A stretch of 64,000 bases of DNA, taken from positions 7,282-71,281 of the forward strand of contig JBAZYR010000005.1 in NCBI GenBank assembly GCA_041659225.1, in the 5' to 3' direction. The notes beneath the pieces were generated by a model. That model saw only the letters and a list, made by a program, of their open reading frames with translations. It made no database searches and was not told where the DNA came from. The position numbers were made by a program, and so were the translations under genes. Positions within the stretch are counted from its first letter, which is position 1. Every line of letters starts with the position of its first letter. Shown piece by piece: positions 30,861 through 38,789 of this stretch. Source of the stretch: Candidatus Staskawiczbacteria bacterium (GTDB taxonomy: Bacteria > Patescibacteriota > Minisyncoccia > Minisyncoccales > Staskawiczbacteraceae).

Positions 30861-31106
30861 ATGAAGGTTCTTATTTACTCTTTAAAAAATACTCTATTCC
30901 AAGACGAAGCAATTTCCTTAAGTTGCAAAACTTCCTCGGGAGAAATTACGGTTTTAGATCATCACGAGCCTTTGATAACTAACATCGAAATGGGCCTGAT
31001 TAAGATAATTGACAAAAATCAAAAATCCAGCTATATTCAAGTCTCACGTGGGTTCCTTGAAATAAGAGCAAGCAACGAGGTCCGTTGCATAATTGAGGAG
31101 ACATAA
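30861..31106 (+). CDS. atpC: F0F1 ATP synthase subunit epsilon (N-terminal beta-sandwich only, short)
   Basis: Follows atpD directly. SSGEITVLDHHEPLIT matches the epsilon beta-sandwich (G..GILPgHaP.lt). 81 aa. Confidence 0.6.
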   Translation: MKVLIYSLKNTLFQDEAISLSCKTSSGEITVLDHHEPLITNIEMGLIKIIDKNQKSSYIQVSRGFLEIRASNEVRCIIEET

Positions 31107-31108
31107 CT

Positions 31109-31570
31109 ATGGGACAAGCCATCCAATTCACAACTCCAAGCGACCATTACGACTTTCGAAAAGAGAAGGGTTGTTGCATTCTTTGGTGCACAGATGCCCG
31201 ATTCACTCCAGCTTTAGACAAGTTTGTGGCTGAACGCGGATATATGCGCTACGATTTAATCCGTATCGCCGGTGGCGCGAACGTGTTGGCCACGCCCGAA
31301 GGAGACGGAGCAAGGTTTGTTATCGGTCAATTTGGCGCATTACACAACCTTCACCATTTTGATAGCATCATACTAATGATGCATCAGGATTGCGGAGCCT
31401 GCGGCGGAAGCAAGGCATTCGGGGACGATTGCGCGCGGGAATTACAGGATTTGAATTTACGACTATCCACCGCTTGCAAAGCCGTACGCGATAGCTTACC
31501 GTCAATCAAGGTGGAAACGGTTCTAGTGACCTTCAAGGAAATCATATCAATTCCGCAACCTGTTCTCTAA
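31109..31570 (+). CDS. beta-carbonic-anhydrase-fold protein (divergent, short)
   Basis: WCTDARF (CxDxR), IRIAGGANVL (cf. VVRNAGN) and MMHQDCGACGG (HxxCGA) reproduce the beta-CA zinc-ligand pattern. 153 aa. GC-elevated. Confidence 0.5.
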   Translation: MGQAIQFTTPSDHYDFRKEKGCCILWCTDARFTPALDKFVAERGYMRYDLIRIAGGANVLATPEGDGARFVIGQFGALHNLHHFDSIILMMHQDCGACGGSKAFGDDCARELQDLNLRLSTACKAVRDSLPSIKVETVLVTFKEIISIPQPVL

Positions 31571-31582
31571 AAGGAGGATCGG

Positions 31583-31846
31583 ATGAAGTTTACGACGAAG
31601 GCCGACTATTGGTATGGCAATCGACACGCGGTCGTTATTATCACCATTGAAGGTAAGGGTGGAAAGGTTTTTATCACAACCGAATACGAAAAGAAAATCG
31701 AAGCAGAAATGATTTATAACAAGATACAGTTGAGATTCGAGGCGCCGGGTGCCCACGGTACTCGTATATACATAGTTTTTAATGACACACATCATCCCCC
31801 GGTACCGATTGCTCAGATGTACAAAGAGCTCCACGGAGAATCGTGA
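31583..31846 (+). CDS. small hypothetical protein, tandem paralog 1
   Basis: AAGGAGG RBS. Shares KADYWYGNRHAVVIITIE / QAEYTYGDNRAITAQIIIE with the next ORF. ATGA overlap with the next ORF. Confidence 0.4.
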   Translation: MKFTTKADYWYGNRHAVVIITIEGKGGKVFITTEYEKKIEAEMIYNKIQLRFEAPGAHGTRIYIVFNDTHHPPVPIAQMYKELHGES

Positions 31847-32127
31847 TGAATGTGAAATTCAATGTCCAAGCGGAATACACTTACGGTGATAATAGGGCAA
31901 TCACAGCTCAAATCATTATCGAAAGAACGCCAACTGGAATCTTCATAACCAACCTAGCTGAACTTCCTGTGAAAGTAACGATGCGTTTTGACGCTGTGCA
32001 ATCCAAATTGATTTTTGAAGAAACTGCCGCGAATGGAAAGCGTGTTCACACGATTTCCGAAAAACATCTATCGCCTCACGAAATCGCTGATATGCATACA
32101 GCTCTTCTACTTGGCAAAACTCAATGA
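31843..32127 (+). CDS. small hypothetical protein, tandem paralog 2
   Basis: Paralogous to 31583..31846. Translationally coupled to it. Confidence 0.4.
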   Translation: MMNVKFNVQAEYTYGDNRAITAQIIIERTPTGIFITNLAELPVKVTMRFDAVQSKLIFEETAANGKRVHTISEKHLSPHEIADMHTALLLGKTQ

Positions 32128-32184
32128 ATAATAGGCTCGCGAATCCGCTGGCCTTTTTCTTTACAAAAAGGTTTGGTATAATAG

Positions 32185-32838
32185 ATGAAGAAATATATGT
32201 TAAAATATTTTGAACGTGGCATATCCACGCCTGTCGCAATCGCAATAATCATTATTGCCCTGCTGGTTATATCTGGCGGTGTGTTGGTTGGCATATATTC
32301 TGATCAACTAAATATTTTTCCCCCCGTGCCAAATTCAGTAAATCCGGAATCGAATGAAACCGAGGCTCTTGGTAATGAAGAATTATTATTCGCTATTAAT
32401 AGAAGTATTTTTTCTATACCAGGAGATGGGACTGACGAGAATAAAACAATCCAACTGGCGAACGGCCAGTATTTTGAAGAAAACTATTCGGCGACTATCG
32501 GAATGGTCTTGTTGGGAGATTTAGATAATGATAGTAAAAACGATGCGGTAGTATCGATATATGTATCGCGTAATAAAACTTCACCTAGCGTATATTTAAT
32601 GGTTGTGTTGAACCGGGCTGGAGCCATCACGAACGTGCCAGACGCGACAATAAAATTAGATGCAGGAACCCGGGTGAACTTGATTGATATCAAGGATGGG
32701 ATTCTTAGCGTTAGTGCGACTGCCAGTGACGCAACACCTAACCCGGACGGCAGCATAACAATCTCGCCGGGCGCAGATACCACGTTTTTAATGTATAGGT
32801 ACACTGGGAAATCTTTAAGATTATTAAATAATAACTAG
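32185..32838 (+). CDS. membrane-anchored hypothetical protein
   Basis: N-terminal TM VAIAIIIIALLVISGGVLVGIY. Extracytoplasmic beta-rich domain. No recognisable motif. Confidence 0.4.
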   Translation: MKKYMLKYFERGISTPVAIAIIIIALLVISGGVLVGIYSDQLNIFPPVPNSVNPESNETEALGNEELLFAINRSIFSIPGDGTDENKTIQLANGQYFEENYSATIGMVLLGDLDNDSKNDAVVSIYVSRNKTSPSVYLMVVLNRAGAITNVPDATIKLDAGTRVNLIDIKDGILSVSATASDATPNPDGSITISPGADTTFLMYRYTGKSLRLLNNN

Positions 32839-32853
32839 TAATTATATTAAAAT

Positions 32854-33300
32854 ATGAATAAGATCGCTATTGTTATTCTCCTCGGTATAGTTTTAATCGG
32901 CTTAGCCGTTGCATATATATTCTTAAACCCAAAAATTAATAAAAATATGGGAAATCCTAACTCAACTGATATTCAAGGCATGAAAGTAGAAGTTCTGAAA
33001 GAGGGAACCGGTGACGCAGTTGAAAATGGAATGACAGTTATGGCACACTATGTCGGAACATTGGAAGACGGAACAAAATTTGATTCCAGTATAGATAGGG
33101 GACAGCCATTTCCTTTTACCCTAGGCGTCGGCCAGGTTATAAAAGGCTGGGATTTAGGCGTAGTTGGCATGAAGGTAGGGGAGAAGCGGCGGCTTACTAT
33201 CCCGGGTAATCTTGGCTACGGCGAAAACGGCATACCCGGATTAATCCCATCTAATTCTACGTTGATATTTGAGGTGGAACTGATTTCATTTACAAAATAA
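32854..33300 (+). CDS. FKBP-type peptidyl-prolyl cis-trans isomerase, membrane-anchored
   Basis: [43 protein letters not shown] and [10 protein letters not shown] are the canonical FKBP motifs. Confidence 0.8.
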   Translation: MNKIAIVILLGIVLIGLAVAYIFLNPKINKNMGNPNSTDIQGMKVEVLKEGTGDAVENGMTVMAHYVGTLEDGTKFDSSIDRGQPFPFTLGVGQVIKGWDLGVVGMKVGEKRRLTIPGNLGYGENGIPGLIPSNSTLIFEVELISFTK

Positions 33301-33332
33301 AGGTCGCGGGAATAAATTAAGATTAAAATATT

Positions 33333-33545
33333 ATGTTTTTAGGAATTATATTTTTAGTAGTCGGTGTCGCCCTTTTATTGAATAGCTTCGGATTCCTTAA
33401 CGTCAGCTTTTGGGGATTTTTCTGGGCAGCTCTGTTCATCATTGTGGGAATAAAAATACTTATGGGCAAAGATCACTGTTGCCTCGTTGGCTCTCACATG
33501 AAAAAACACAAATGCTGCGGTGGAGATCACGACGACGCTGAATAA
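33333..33545 (+). CDS. small membrane protein with C-terminal CC..H..CC motif
   Basis: 70 aa. Two TM segments. C-terminal HCCLVGSHMKKHKCCGGDHDD. Confidence 0.35.
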   Translation: MFLGIIFLVVGVALLLNSFGFLNVSFWGFFWAALFIIVGIKILMGKDHCCLVGSHMKKHKCCGGDHDDAE

Positions 33546-34292
33546 ATCCTGAGAGACTTTCGAAAGTCGCTTTACGCTGTCGCGTTCAGCGATTTTTTGT
33601 TAATATATATAGCAATCTCTTGACAGGTTTTACAATCCATGCTATCGTATTACTATACTTTACGATTATGCCGAGGATAGAAATTGCTGACTTTCCAATG
33701 AACTACTCGGGATAAATTCACGATTAGTTCTTTGGATGGTTGGCAGGCTCGCTTTTAAAGGTGAGCTGTCCGCTATCCTACAGGCCGCGTCCGACAGTTG
33801 GTGGGCGAGCGAACATAGACTCGAGGGTTTCCAAAAAATTAGGGCAATGCTAGTTGAGTCGCCGACGGCTTTCCACGTCGACGTGATACTCTCGCGTTGT
33901 GGATCTTCGGTGCAACGGGTGCCGAAACCTAGGCAGCGGTCAAGGGCCTACCCGAAAATCTTGACTGGGAACCCACCCACCAACTGTCACTTGTTCATTG
34001 AAAACAAAAGTAGAAACAGAACTTCGCGCTATCGTTCGCGTGAACGAAAGACGAAGTTTTCTTACTGAGGAGTACACTTTATGCGCACCCTTCGCCACCC
34101 GGTCATGTTTGCGATTATCTTCTGTGCGCACCGCCGGCACCGCCACGGTCAGCCCTGACCACGTCGGCACGGGCCCGCTAGCGCCCGAATCAAGATAGTC
34201 CTATGGATGGGCTGATTCGGGTTCTGGCGAAAGACCCAAGAGGAGGAACACATATGTTCCCCAAGGACCCTCCGTTCTACTAAAGACAAACG

Positions 34293-34342
34293 AGGGCAGG
34301 AACGTCTCATGGCCGAGGACGCATTCCTGCCCCTCTTTTTTT
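34293..34342 (+). terminator. rho-independent terminator (GGGCAGGAA...TTCCTGCCC + TCTTTTTTT)
   Basis: 9-bp perfect stem arms (GGGCAGGAA / TTCCTGCCC) followed by a T7 run. Confidence 0.55.
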
Positions 34343-34354
34343 ACATAAATATCC

Positions 34355-34382
34355 TTGACAAATCTCAGTATTTTATTATAAT
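34355..34382 (+). promoter_or_regulatory. sigma70-like promoter TTGACA-16-TATAAT for the nfeD-flotillin operon
   Basis: TTGACA at 34355-34360. TATAAT at 34377-34382. Confidence 0.5.
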
Positions 34383-34515
34383 AAGCACACTAAAGGCAAG
34401 CGGACTTGCCCGAAGAGTTCGTTGACAAGTTGGAAGGAGAGTCGAACAAATGAAATAAAATTCGCATATCGTATCGGTTTGTAGACGCAGGCCATGAAAC
34501 GAAAGGAGACAGGCC

Positions 34516-35046
34516 ATGTTGGTGTTCTTTACGGTTGCTTTGATCGCATTTTTGTACGTGGTGCTGGGATTTATTCTCGGCCACGCCCATGACGTCGGCC
34601 ATGACATTCTAAGTCATGACGCGGATCATGAGGGTGCCGATGGCCACATGATCAGTATTTTCTCGACGCGAGTAATCGCCACCTTTATGATGGCTTTTGG
34701 AGCTGCTGGAGGAGTTTTCAAGTTTTACAATTTCAACTATCCTCTTTCATGCCTTGGTGGCATCGGCGCCGGCATAGTCGTGTCTATTCCCATTTATTTC
34801 TTACTGAATTTCATCGCGAAACAACAATCGAATTCTTTAGTGTTGACATCCTCTTTAGTCGGACTTTCTGGAGTTACGGAAACGGCAATGGAGGGGAATA
34901 TCATGGGCGAGGTTGCGGTGTTCGCGCTGGGCCGGCGTAACATTTACCAAGCCGTCTCTCGCTTGGGTAAGCCCATCGCCAAAGGATCGGCCGTGCGCGT
35001 GGTGAGAACCATGGGAAGTGACTTGGTTGTGGAAGTTCTGGCCTGA
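34516..35046 (+). CDS. NfeD-like membrane protein (short form, C-terminal OB-fold)
   Basis: Three N-terminal TM helices. C-terminal LGKPIAKGSAVRVVRTMGSDLVVEVLA matches the NfeD beta-domain. Sits upstream of an SPFH gene. Confidence 0.55.
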   Translation: MLVFFTVALIAFLYVVLGFILGHAHDVGHDILSHDADHEGADGHMISIFSTRVIATFMMAFGAAGGVFKFYNFNYPLSCLGGIGAGIVVSIPIYFLLNFIAKQQSNSLVLTSSLVGLSGVTETAMEGNIMGEVAVFALGRRNIYQAVSRLGKPIAKGSAVRVVRTMGSDLVVEVLA

Positions 35047-35084
35047 GTCGCGGAATCGCGACCGAAAGATAAGGAGAAGAGATT

Positions 35085-36752
35085 ATGATATCAGCGGTAG
35101 ACATCGCTCACACATTGGGGCAGTATTTGATCCCCATACTCGTTATACTGTTCTTCATCGCCGTCATCATCATGCTACGCGTGATGGTGAGCCGCTACCA
35201 GAAGATCCCGCCCAATAAGGTGGCGATCATCTTCGGACGCGGCACCAAGGTTGGGGGTGAGGGACAGATCCAGGGATGCAAGGTCGTCAGCGGCGGAGGC
35301 GTATTCGTCTGGCCAGTGTTCCAGTCGATCGACTACATGGACACCGCGGCCTTCCGAATGGCCATCAACGAAACGGGCGTCCCCAACAAAGAGAACGTGG
35401 GGATTAACGTTGCGGGTGTGGCGGTCTGCAAGATATCCACCTCACCCGAGGATCTACAGAGCGCTGCGATGTCCTTTCTCGGCCAGTCGCAGGCCCAGAT
35501 CCAGGAGACCATCTCCAGCGTCCTCATCGGCCATTTGCGTTCCATCATCGGTAAGCTGGACATCGACGGAATCCTTCGGGATCGCGATTCCTTCAACCGC
35601 ATGGTGGTGAACGAGTCGAACCCCGAGTTGAAGCGCATGGGGATCCAGATCGTCACCCTGGTCATTCAGGAAGTCAGTGATGAGCACGGCTACATCGCCG
35701 CGTTGGGTAAACGTGCGGTGGCCGAAGCCGTCAGGGATGCCGATATCAAAGTCGCACAGGCGCAAGCAGCGACGAGAATGTCGGTCAGCCAAGCCCAGCG
35801 AGAAGCGTCGGTTGTCGAGGCTCAGAATGCCGTTGCGATTGCTGATGCGGAAAAGGACCGCGACATCAAACGCGCTACCTTCAAGGCCGCAGCCGACACG
35901 GAGTTGGCCTTGGCTAACCAAGCCCTGGCCATTGCCACCGCGGCACAGGAGCAAATCCTGCGCGTTGCTCAGGCGGATCGGGATACAGCCGCAGCCGACG
36001 CACAAACCAAGGTCCAGGAGGCCGAGGCAAAGCGCATGGAGCAACAGCTCCAGGCCACGGTGATCAAGCCGGCAGAGGCCGAAAAGTCAGCGGCTATCAT
36101 CAAGGCCGAAGGGCTGAAGCAGGCTGCGATCCTCGAAGCCGAGGCACAGGGTCAAGTCGTGATTTGCAAAGCCGAAGGCGATGCAACTGCGGCGAAGAAA
36201 CTGGGTGAAGGTATGGCAGCGCAAACGCTGGCCACTCTCACTGCCAAGGCTCAGGGCGAAGCCGCCGTGACGGAGCAAGCCTTACTGGCAAAGGCCAAGG
36301 GCGAAGCCGCTCAGAAAGGCCTCGTTCTCACAGCCGAAGCCGAGGGCACGAAAAAGCTGGCGGACGCGCTGGCTCAGATGACCGAATCAGCCCGGCTGAT
36401 TCTGATTTTGGACCGGTTGCCGATACTGATGGATCGGGGCGGCGAAGCAGCCTCAAAGGTTGCACAAGCCGTATTTTCCAGCGTTGCGGCACCGTTCGGC
36501 CAGATCGACAGCCTGCGGATCGTCGACATGGGCGGTAACGGCAAAGCGCTCGAAGGGTTAGGCGATATTGTGCCCAACACCGTCTTCAAGTTCCTCGCCG
36601 GCATGCAAGCCCGCGGGATCGACATCAAGAAGGTTCTCGCCAAGCTCGGCATCGACGCCGACGAGATCACCAGTATGCTGAACGAGCTGGGATCGACCAT
36701 TCGACCGGTCGTGGCAGCCGGAGATCTCGTGTCGGACTCCGATCCGGCATAA
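35085..36752 (+). CDS. flotillin-like SPFH/band-7 protein
   Basis: N-terminal TM. SPFH core. Long Ala/Glu/Lys/Gln-rich coiled coil (AEAQ repeats). 555 aa. GC-elevated. Confidence 0.8.
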   Translation: MISAVDIAHTLGQYLIPILVILFFIAVIIMLRVMVSRYQKIPPNKVAIIFGRGTKVGGEGQIQGCKVVSGGGVFVWPVFQSIDYMDTAAFRMAINETGVPNKENVGINVAGVAVCKISTSPEDLQSAAMSFLGQSQAQIQETISSVLIGHLRSIIGKLDIDGILRDRDSFNRMVVNESNPELKRMGIQIVTLVIQEVSDEHGYIAALGKRAVAEAVRDADIKVAQAQAATRMSVSQAQREASVVEAQNAVAIADAEKDRDIKRATFKAAADTELALANQALAIATAAQEQILRVAQADRDTAAADAQTKVQEAEAKRMEQQLQATVIKPAEAEKSAAIIKAEGLKQAAILEAEAQGQVVICKAEGDATAAKKLGEGMAAQTLATLTAKAQGEAAVTEQALLAKAKGEAAQKGLVLTAEAEGTKKLADALAQMTESARLILILDRLPILMDRGGEAASKVAQAVFSSVAAPFGQIDSLRIVDMGGNGKALEGLGDIVPNTVFKFLAGMQARGIDIKKVLAKLGIDADEITSMLNELGSTIRPVVAAGDLVSDSDPA

Positions 36753-36820
36753 GCTGAGTTGGGGAGGCGAGGAGACAATCTTCTCGCCTCCCTCTCTCGG
36801 TATAAAGAAGGAGAGATGGC

Positions 36821-37390
36821 ATGCAAAAAGCCCGCGAACAAGTATCACCACCACTAGTGGTTGTGAGTGAACCGCCGAAAACCGGTGGCGGCGAGGCCTT
36901 AACGCCCGGAGCCGCCCAGTTCTATTCCGCGGTTGTCAACCCACAGCCAACCGCCGTGGTTATTCATTGCAGCGATCCAAGATTTCAAACCGCTTTCCGC
37001 GAATTCATTGAAACGGAATTAGGCCTGTCCGATGGACAGTATATTCCTTTCGTGATCGCGGGAGGAGCTGGAGTGTTGAGCCGACCTGAGGCCCTGCCGA
37101 AGGAATTCCGCTTCATGCGGGAGCGCCTGGAACTCTTCCGAGAGCACTTCAAATCGATAAGGCGGGTAATCCTGATCAACCATGAGGACTGCGCATACTA
37201 TCATAGTTTGTGCGAAAAAAGCTGGGCTCTCCGAACTCTCGCGCACCTTTTGCCGCGGGATGACATGAAGCTCATCGCTCAGGTTTTTCATCGCTTGCTG
37301 TCCCACCTTGGGATGCAAGTGGAACTCTATCACGCAAAGTTCTCCGATGACGAACGCACGCGAATCGTGTTTGAGCGAATAGAGCAATAG
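36821..37390 (+). CDS. beta-carbonic-anhydrase-fold protein, paralog of 31109..31570
   Basis: HCSDPRF (CxDxR), FVIAGGAGVL and ILINHEDCAYYH (HxxC). AAGGAG RBS. Confidence 0.45.
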   Translation: MQKAREQVSPPLVVVSEPPKTGGGEALTPGAAQFYSAVVNPQPTAVVIHCSDPRFQTAFREFIETELGLSDGQYIPFVIAGGAGVLSRPEALPKEFRFMRERLELFREHFKSIRRVILINHEDCAYYHSLCEKSWALRTLAHLLPRDDMKLIAQVFHRLLSHLGMQVELYHAKFSDDERTRIVFERIEQ

Positions 37391-37449
37391 AAATAACTTT
37401 CAAACCCCAAAGGACTCTAACCTGCGGGGTCTTCTTTTATACCAAATCA

Positions 37450-37479
37450 TTGACACATATTCTGAGAGGGGGATATAAT
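37450..37479 (+). promoter_or_regulatory. sigma70-like promoter TTGACA-18-TATAAT driving a ~520-nt unit without a long ORF
   Basis: TTGACA at 37450-37455. TATAAT at 37474-37479. The unit ends at the terminator at 37970-38015. Confidence 0.45.
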
Positions 37480-37773
37480 ATAATAATTGTTGCGCTATTT
37501 GCTTCGCAATGTGCGAGCAAAGCGCTCCGAAGGTCGCTCGTTTACAAGGAGTACGGTGTCATGTGCAAGATCGTTTTGTTTCGCGGGATTTGCAGTGGCC
37601 AGAGTGCGGACAAGATCATCGTCAGCACGACGGTCGTGGCGGCGCCGCTCCTAGCCTAGTTGGGACATGGGAGCAGACCAGTCGTCTGTAGGCAACGCGC
37701 ACACATTCAAAACTGGCATCGCTAAGTTGCGAGGCCACCCGAGTGGAAGACCACACACAAGGAGAACCTGACA

Positions 37774-37920
37774 ATGACCAACACAAAGTGGCCGACTGGC
37801 CACGGGACGACCAACAGCAAATGCTCACGGCGCAAGAAGAACCTGGCGGGGCATAACTCCAGAAGCAAGGGGCACGCCGCCGCCCATCACATTCACGCAC
37901 ATAGCCAGCACACAGGCTGA
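37774..37920 (+). CDS. candidate small His-rich protein (48 aa) with canonical RBS
   Basis: AAGGAG at 37759-37764, 9 nt before ATG. Peptide MTNTKWPTGHGTTNSKCSRRKKNLAGHNSRSKGHAAAHHIHAHSQHTG. Below the 60-aa ORF-track threshold. Confidence 0.25.
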   Translation: MTNTKWPTGHGTTNSKCSRRKKNLAGHNSRSKGHAAAHHIHAHSQHTG

Positions 37921-37969
37921 TGACAAGGCCTAGCCTGGTGAGGGCGCACAGAGGCGCCGTATAGGCGCA

Positions 37970-38015
37970 GGGGAGCAGGTAAGCTATAAAGGGCTTTCCT
38001 CGCTCCCTTTTTTTA
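37970..38015 (+). terminator. rho-independent terminator (GGGAGC...GCTCCC + T7)
   Basis: GGGGAGCAGG...CCTCGCTCCC hairpin followed by TTTTTTTATTTG. Confidence 0.5.
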
Positions 38016-38024
38016 TTTGTTCTC

Positions 38025-38051
38025 TTATCACTCTTGACAAGAGAGTGATAT
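38025..38051 (+). promoter_or_regulatory. CIRCE-like operator (TTATCACTC-N9-GAGTGATAT) overlapping the hrcA promoter
   Basis: Inverted repeat matching the CIRCE consensus TTAGCACTC-N9-GAGTGCTAA at 14/18 positions. TTGACA at 38034-38039 lies in the N9 spacer. Confidence 0.65.
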
Positions 38052-38071
38052 TTTCTTATCATACAAATATC

Positions 38072-38788
38072 ATGGATTCCTTAACTAAAAGACAAGAGAA
38101 AATTCTGGAGGCTTTAATTAACGAATACGTTAAGACAGCCGAACCTGTAAGTTCAAAACTCTTGGCAAAGAAGAGGGAATTTGATATATGCCCGGCAACC
38201 ATCAGGAACGAACTGCAGGAGCTAACGGACAAAGGATATATTTATCAGCCCCATACGTCAGCGGGCAGGGCACCGACAACAAAGGCCTACCGGTTTTTTG
38301 TCGATAGGGTTTTTAATATCGAGCATGATTTATCCTTCGAAACCTTTTTTGATATGTTCAATGAAATTGAAGAACGGACCCGCGACGAGTTTAAATATAT
38401 CGAGGAAGTATCAAAGAACCTTGCTTCTGAAACCTCGAATCTCATCCTAACTTATCTTGAAGGCCGGGATTTTGTACTTAAGGAAGGTTGGGAAGATATT
38501 CTGCAGAACCCGGAATTTTTAGAAAAGTCATTCTTAGATAAATTTATTCAAGAGGTTGAGTATCTGGAGAAGAATATTAAAAAGATAGCTGCAGAAAGCA
38601 ATTCGGAGATAAACGTATACATCGGCAACGAAAACCCAATTATGAAATCGGACGGATTCAGTTTGATTGTCACAAAAGGAGTGTTCCCGAACAATGAAAA
38701 AGGGGTAGTGGTGATGCTCGGGCCTTCGCGAACAGGATACGAACGGAATATTTCACTTTTAAAATCATTAATTAAATCTTTGGAATAA
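38072..38788 (+). CDS. hrcA: heat-inducible transcription repressor HrcA
   Basis: N-terminal winged-helix LTKRQEKILEALINEYVKTAEPVSSKLL. Upstream CIRCE. The ORF-track start 38045 lies inside CIRCE, so ATG 38072 is preferred. Followed by grpE-dnaK-dnaJ. Confidence 0.8.
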   Translation: MDSLTKRQEKILEALINEYVKTAEPVSSKLLAKKREFDICPATIRNELQELTDKGYIYQPHTSAGRAPTTKAYRFFVDRVFNIEHDLSFETFFDMFNEIEERTRDEFKYIEEVSKNLASETSNLILTYLEGRDFVLKEGWEDILQNPEFLEKSFLDKFIQEVEYLEKNIKKIAAESNSEINVYIGNENPIMKSDGFSLIVTKGVFPNNEKGVVVMLGPSRTGYERNISLLKSLIKSLE

Positions 38789-38789
38789 C

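Noticed and set aside
33736-34198. ORFs 33736..34068 (+), 33940..34170 (-) and 33998..34198 (+) in the GC-rich noncoding unit
   Set aside because: No RBS, mutually overlapping, Arg/Ser-rich. The region shows long-range complementarity more consistent with RNA structure than with coding.
34204-34260. tmRNA 5'-end-like sequence GGGCTGATTCGGGTTCTGGCGAAAGACCCAAGAGG (resembles E. coli ssrA GGGGCUGAUUCUGGAUUCGACGGG...GCGAAACCCAAGGUG)
   Set aside because: No tRNA-like 3' end (T-arm, CCA) anywhere downstream or in a permuted position. The GATTCGGG segment instead pairs locally with the upstream CCCGAATC. No plausible tag-peptide reading frame ending in a double stop. Kept only as part of the unexplained noncoding unit.
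35251-36278. Several 60-196 aa ORFs on both strands inside the flotillin gene (35251, 35333-, 35454-, 35677, 36087-)
   Set aside because: All are embedded in the strongly supported flotillin CDS and have the Arg/Ala/Ser-rich composition of alternative frames in GC-rich coding DNA.
37622-38062. 146-aa minus-strand ORF in the GC-rich unit upstream of hrcA
   Set aside because: Cys/Ser/Arg-rich composition typical of the wrong frame in GC-rich DNA. It runs through the hrcA promoter and CIRCE. No RBS.
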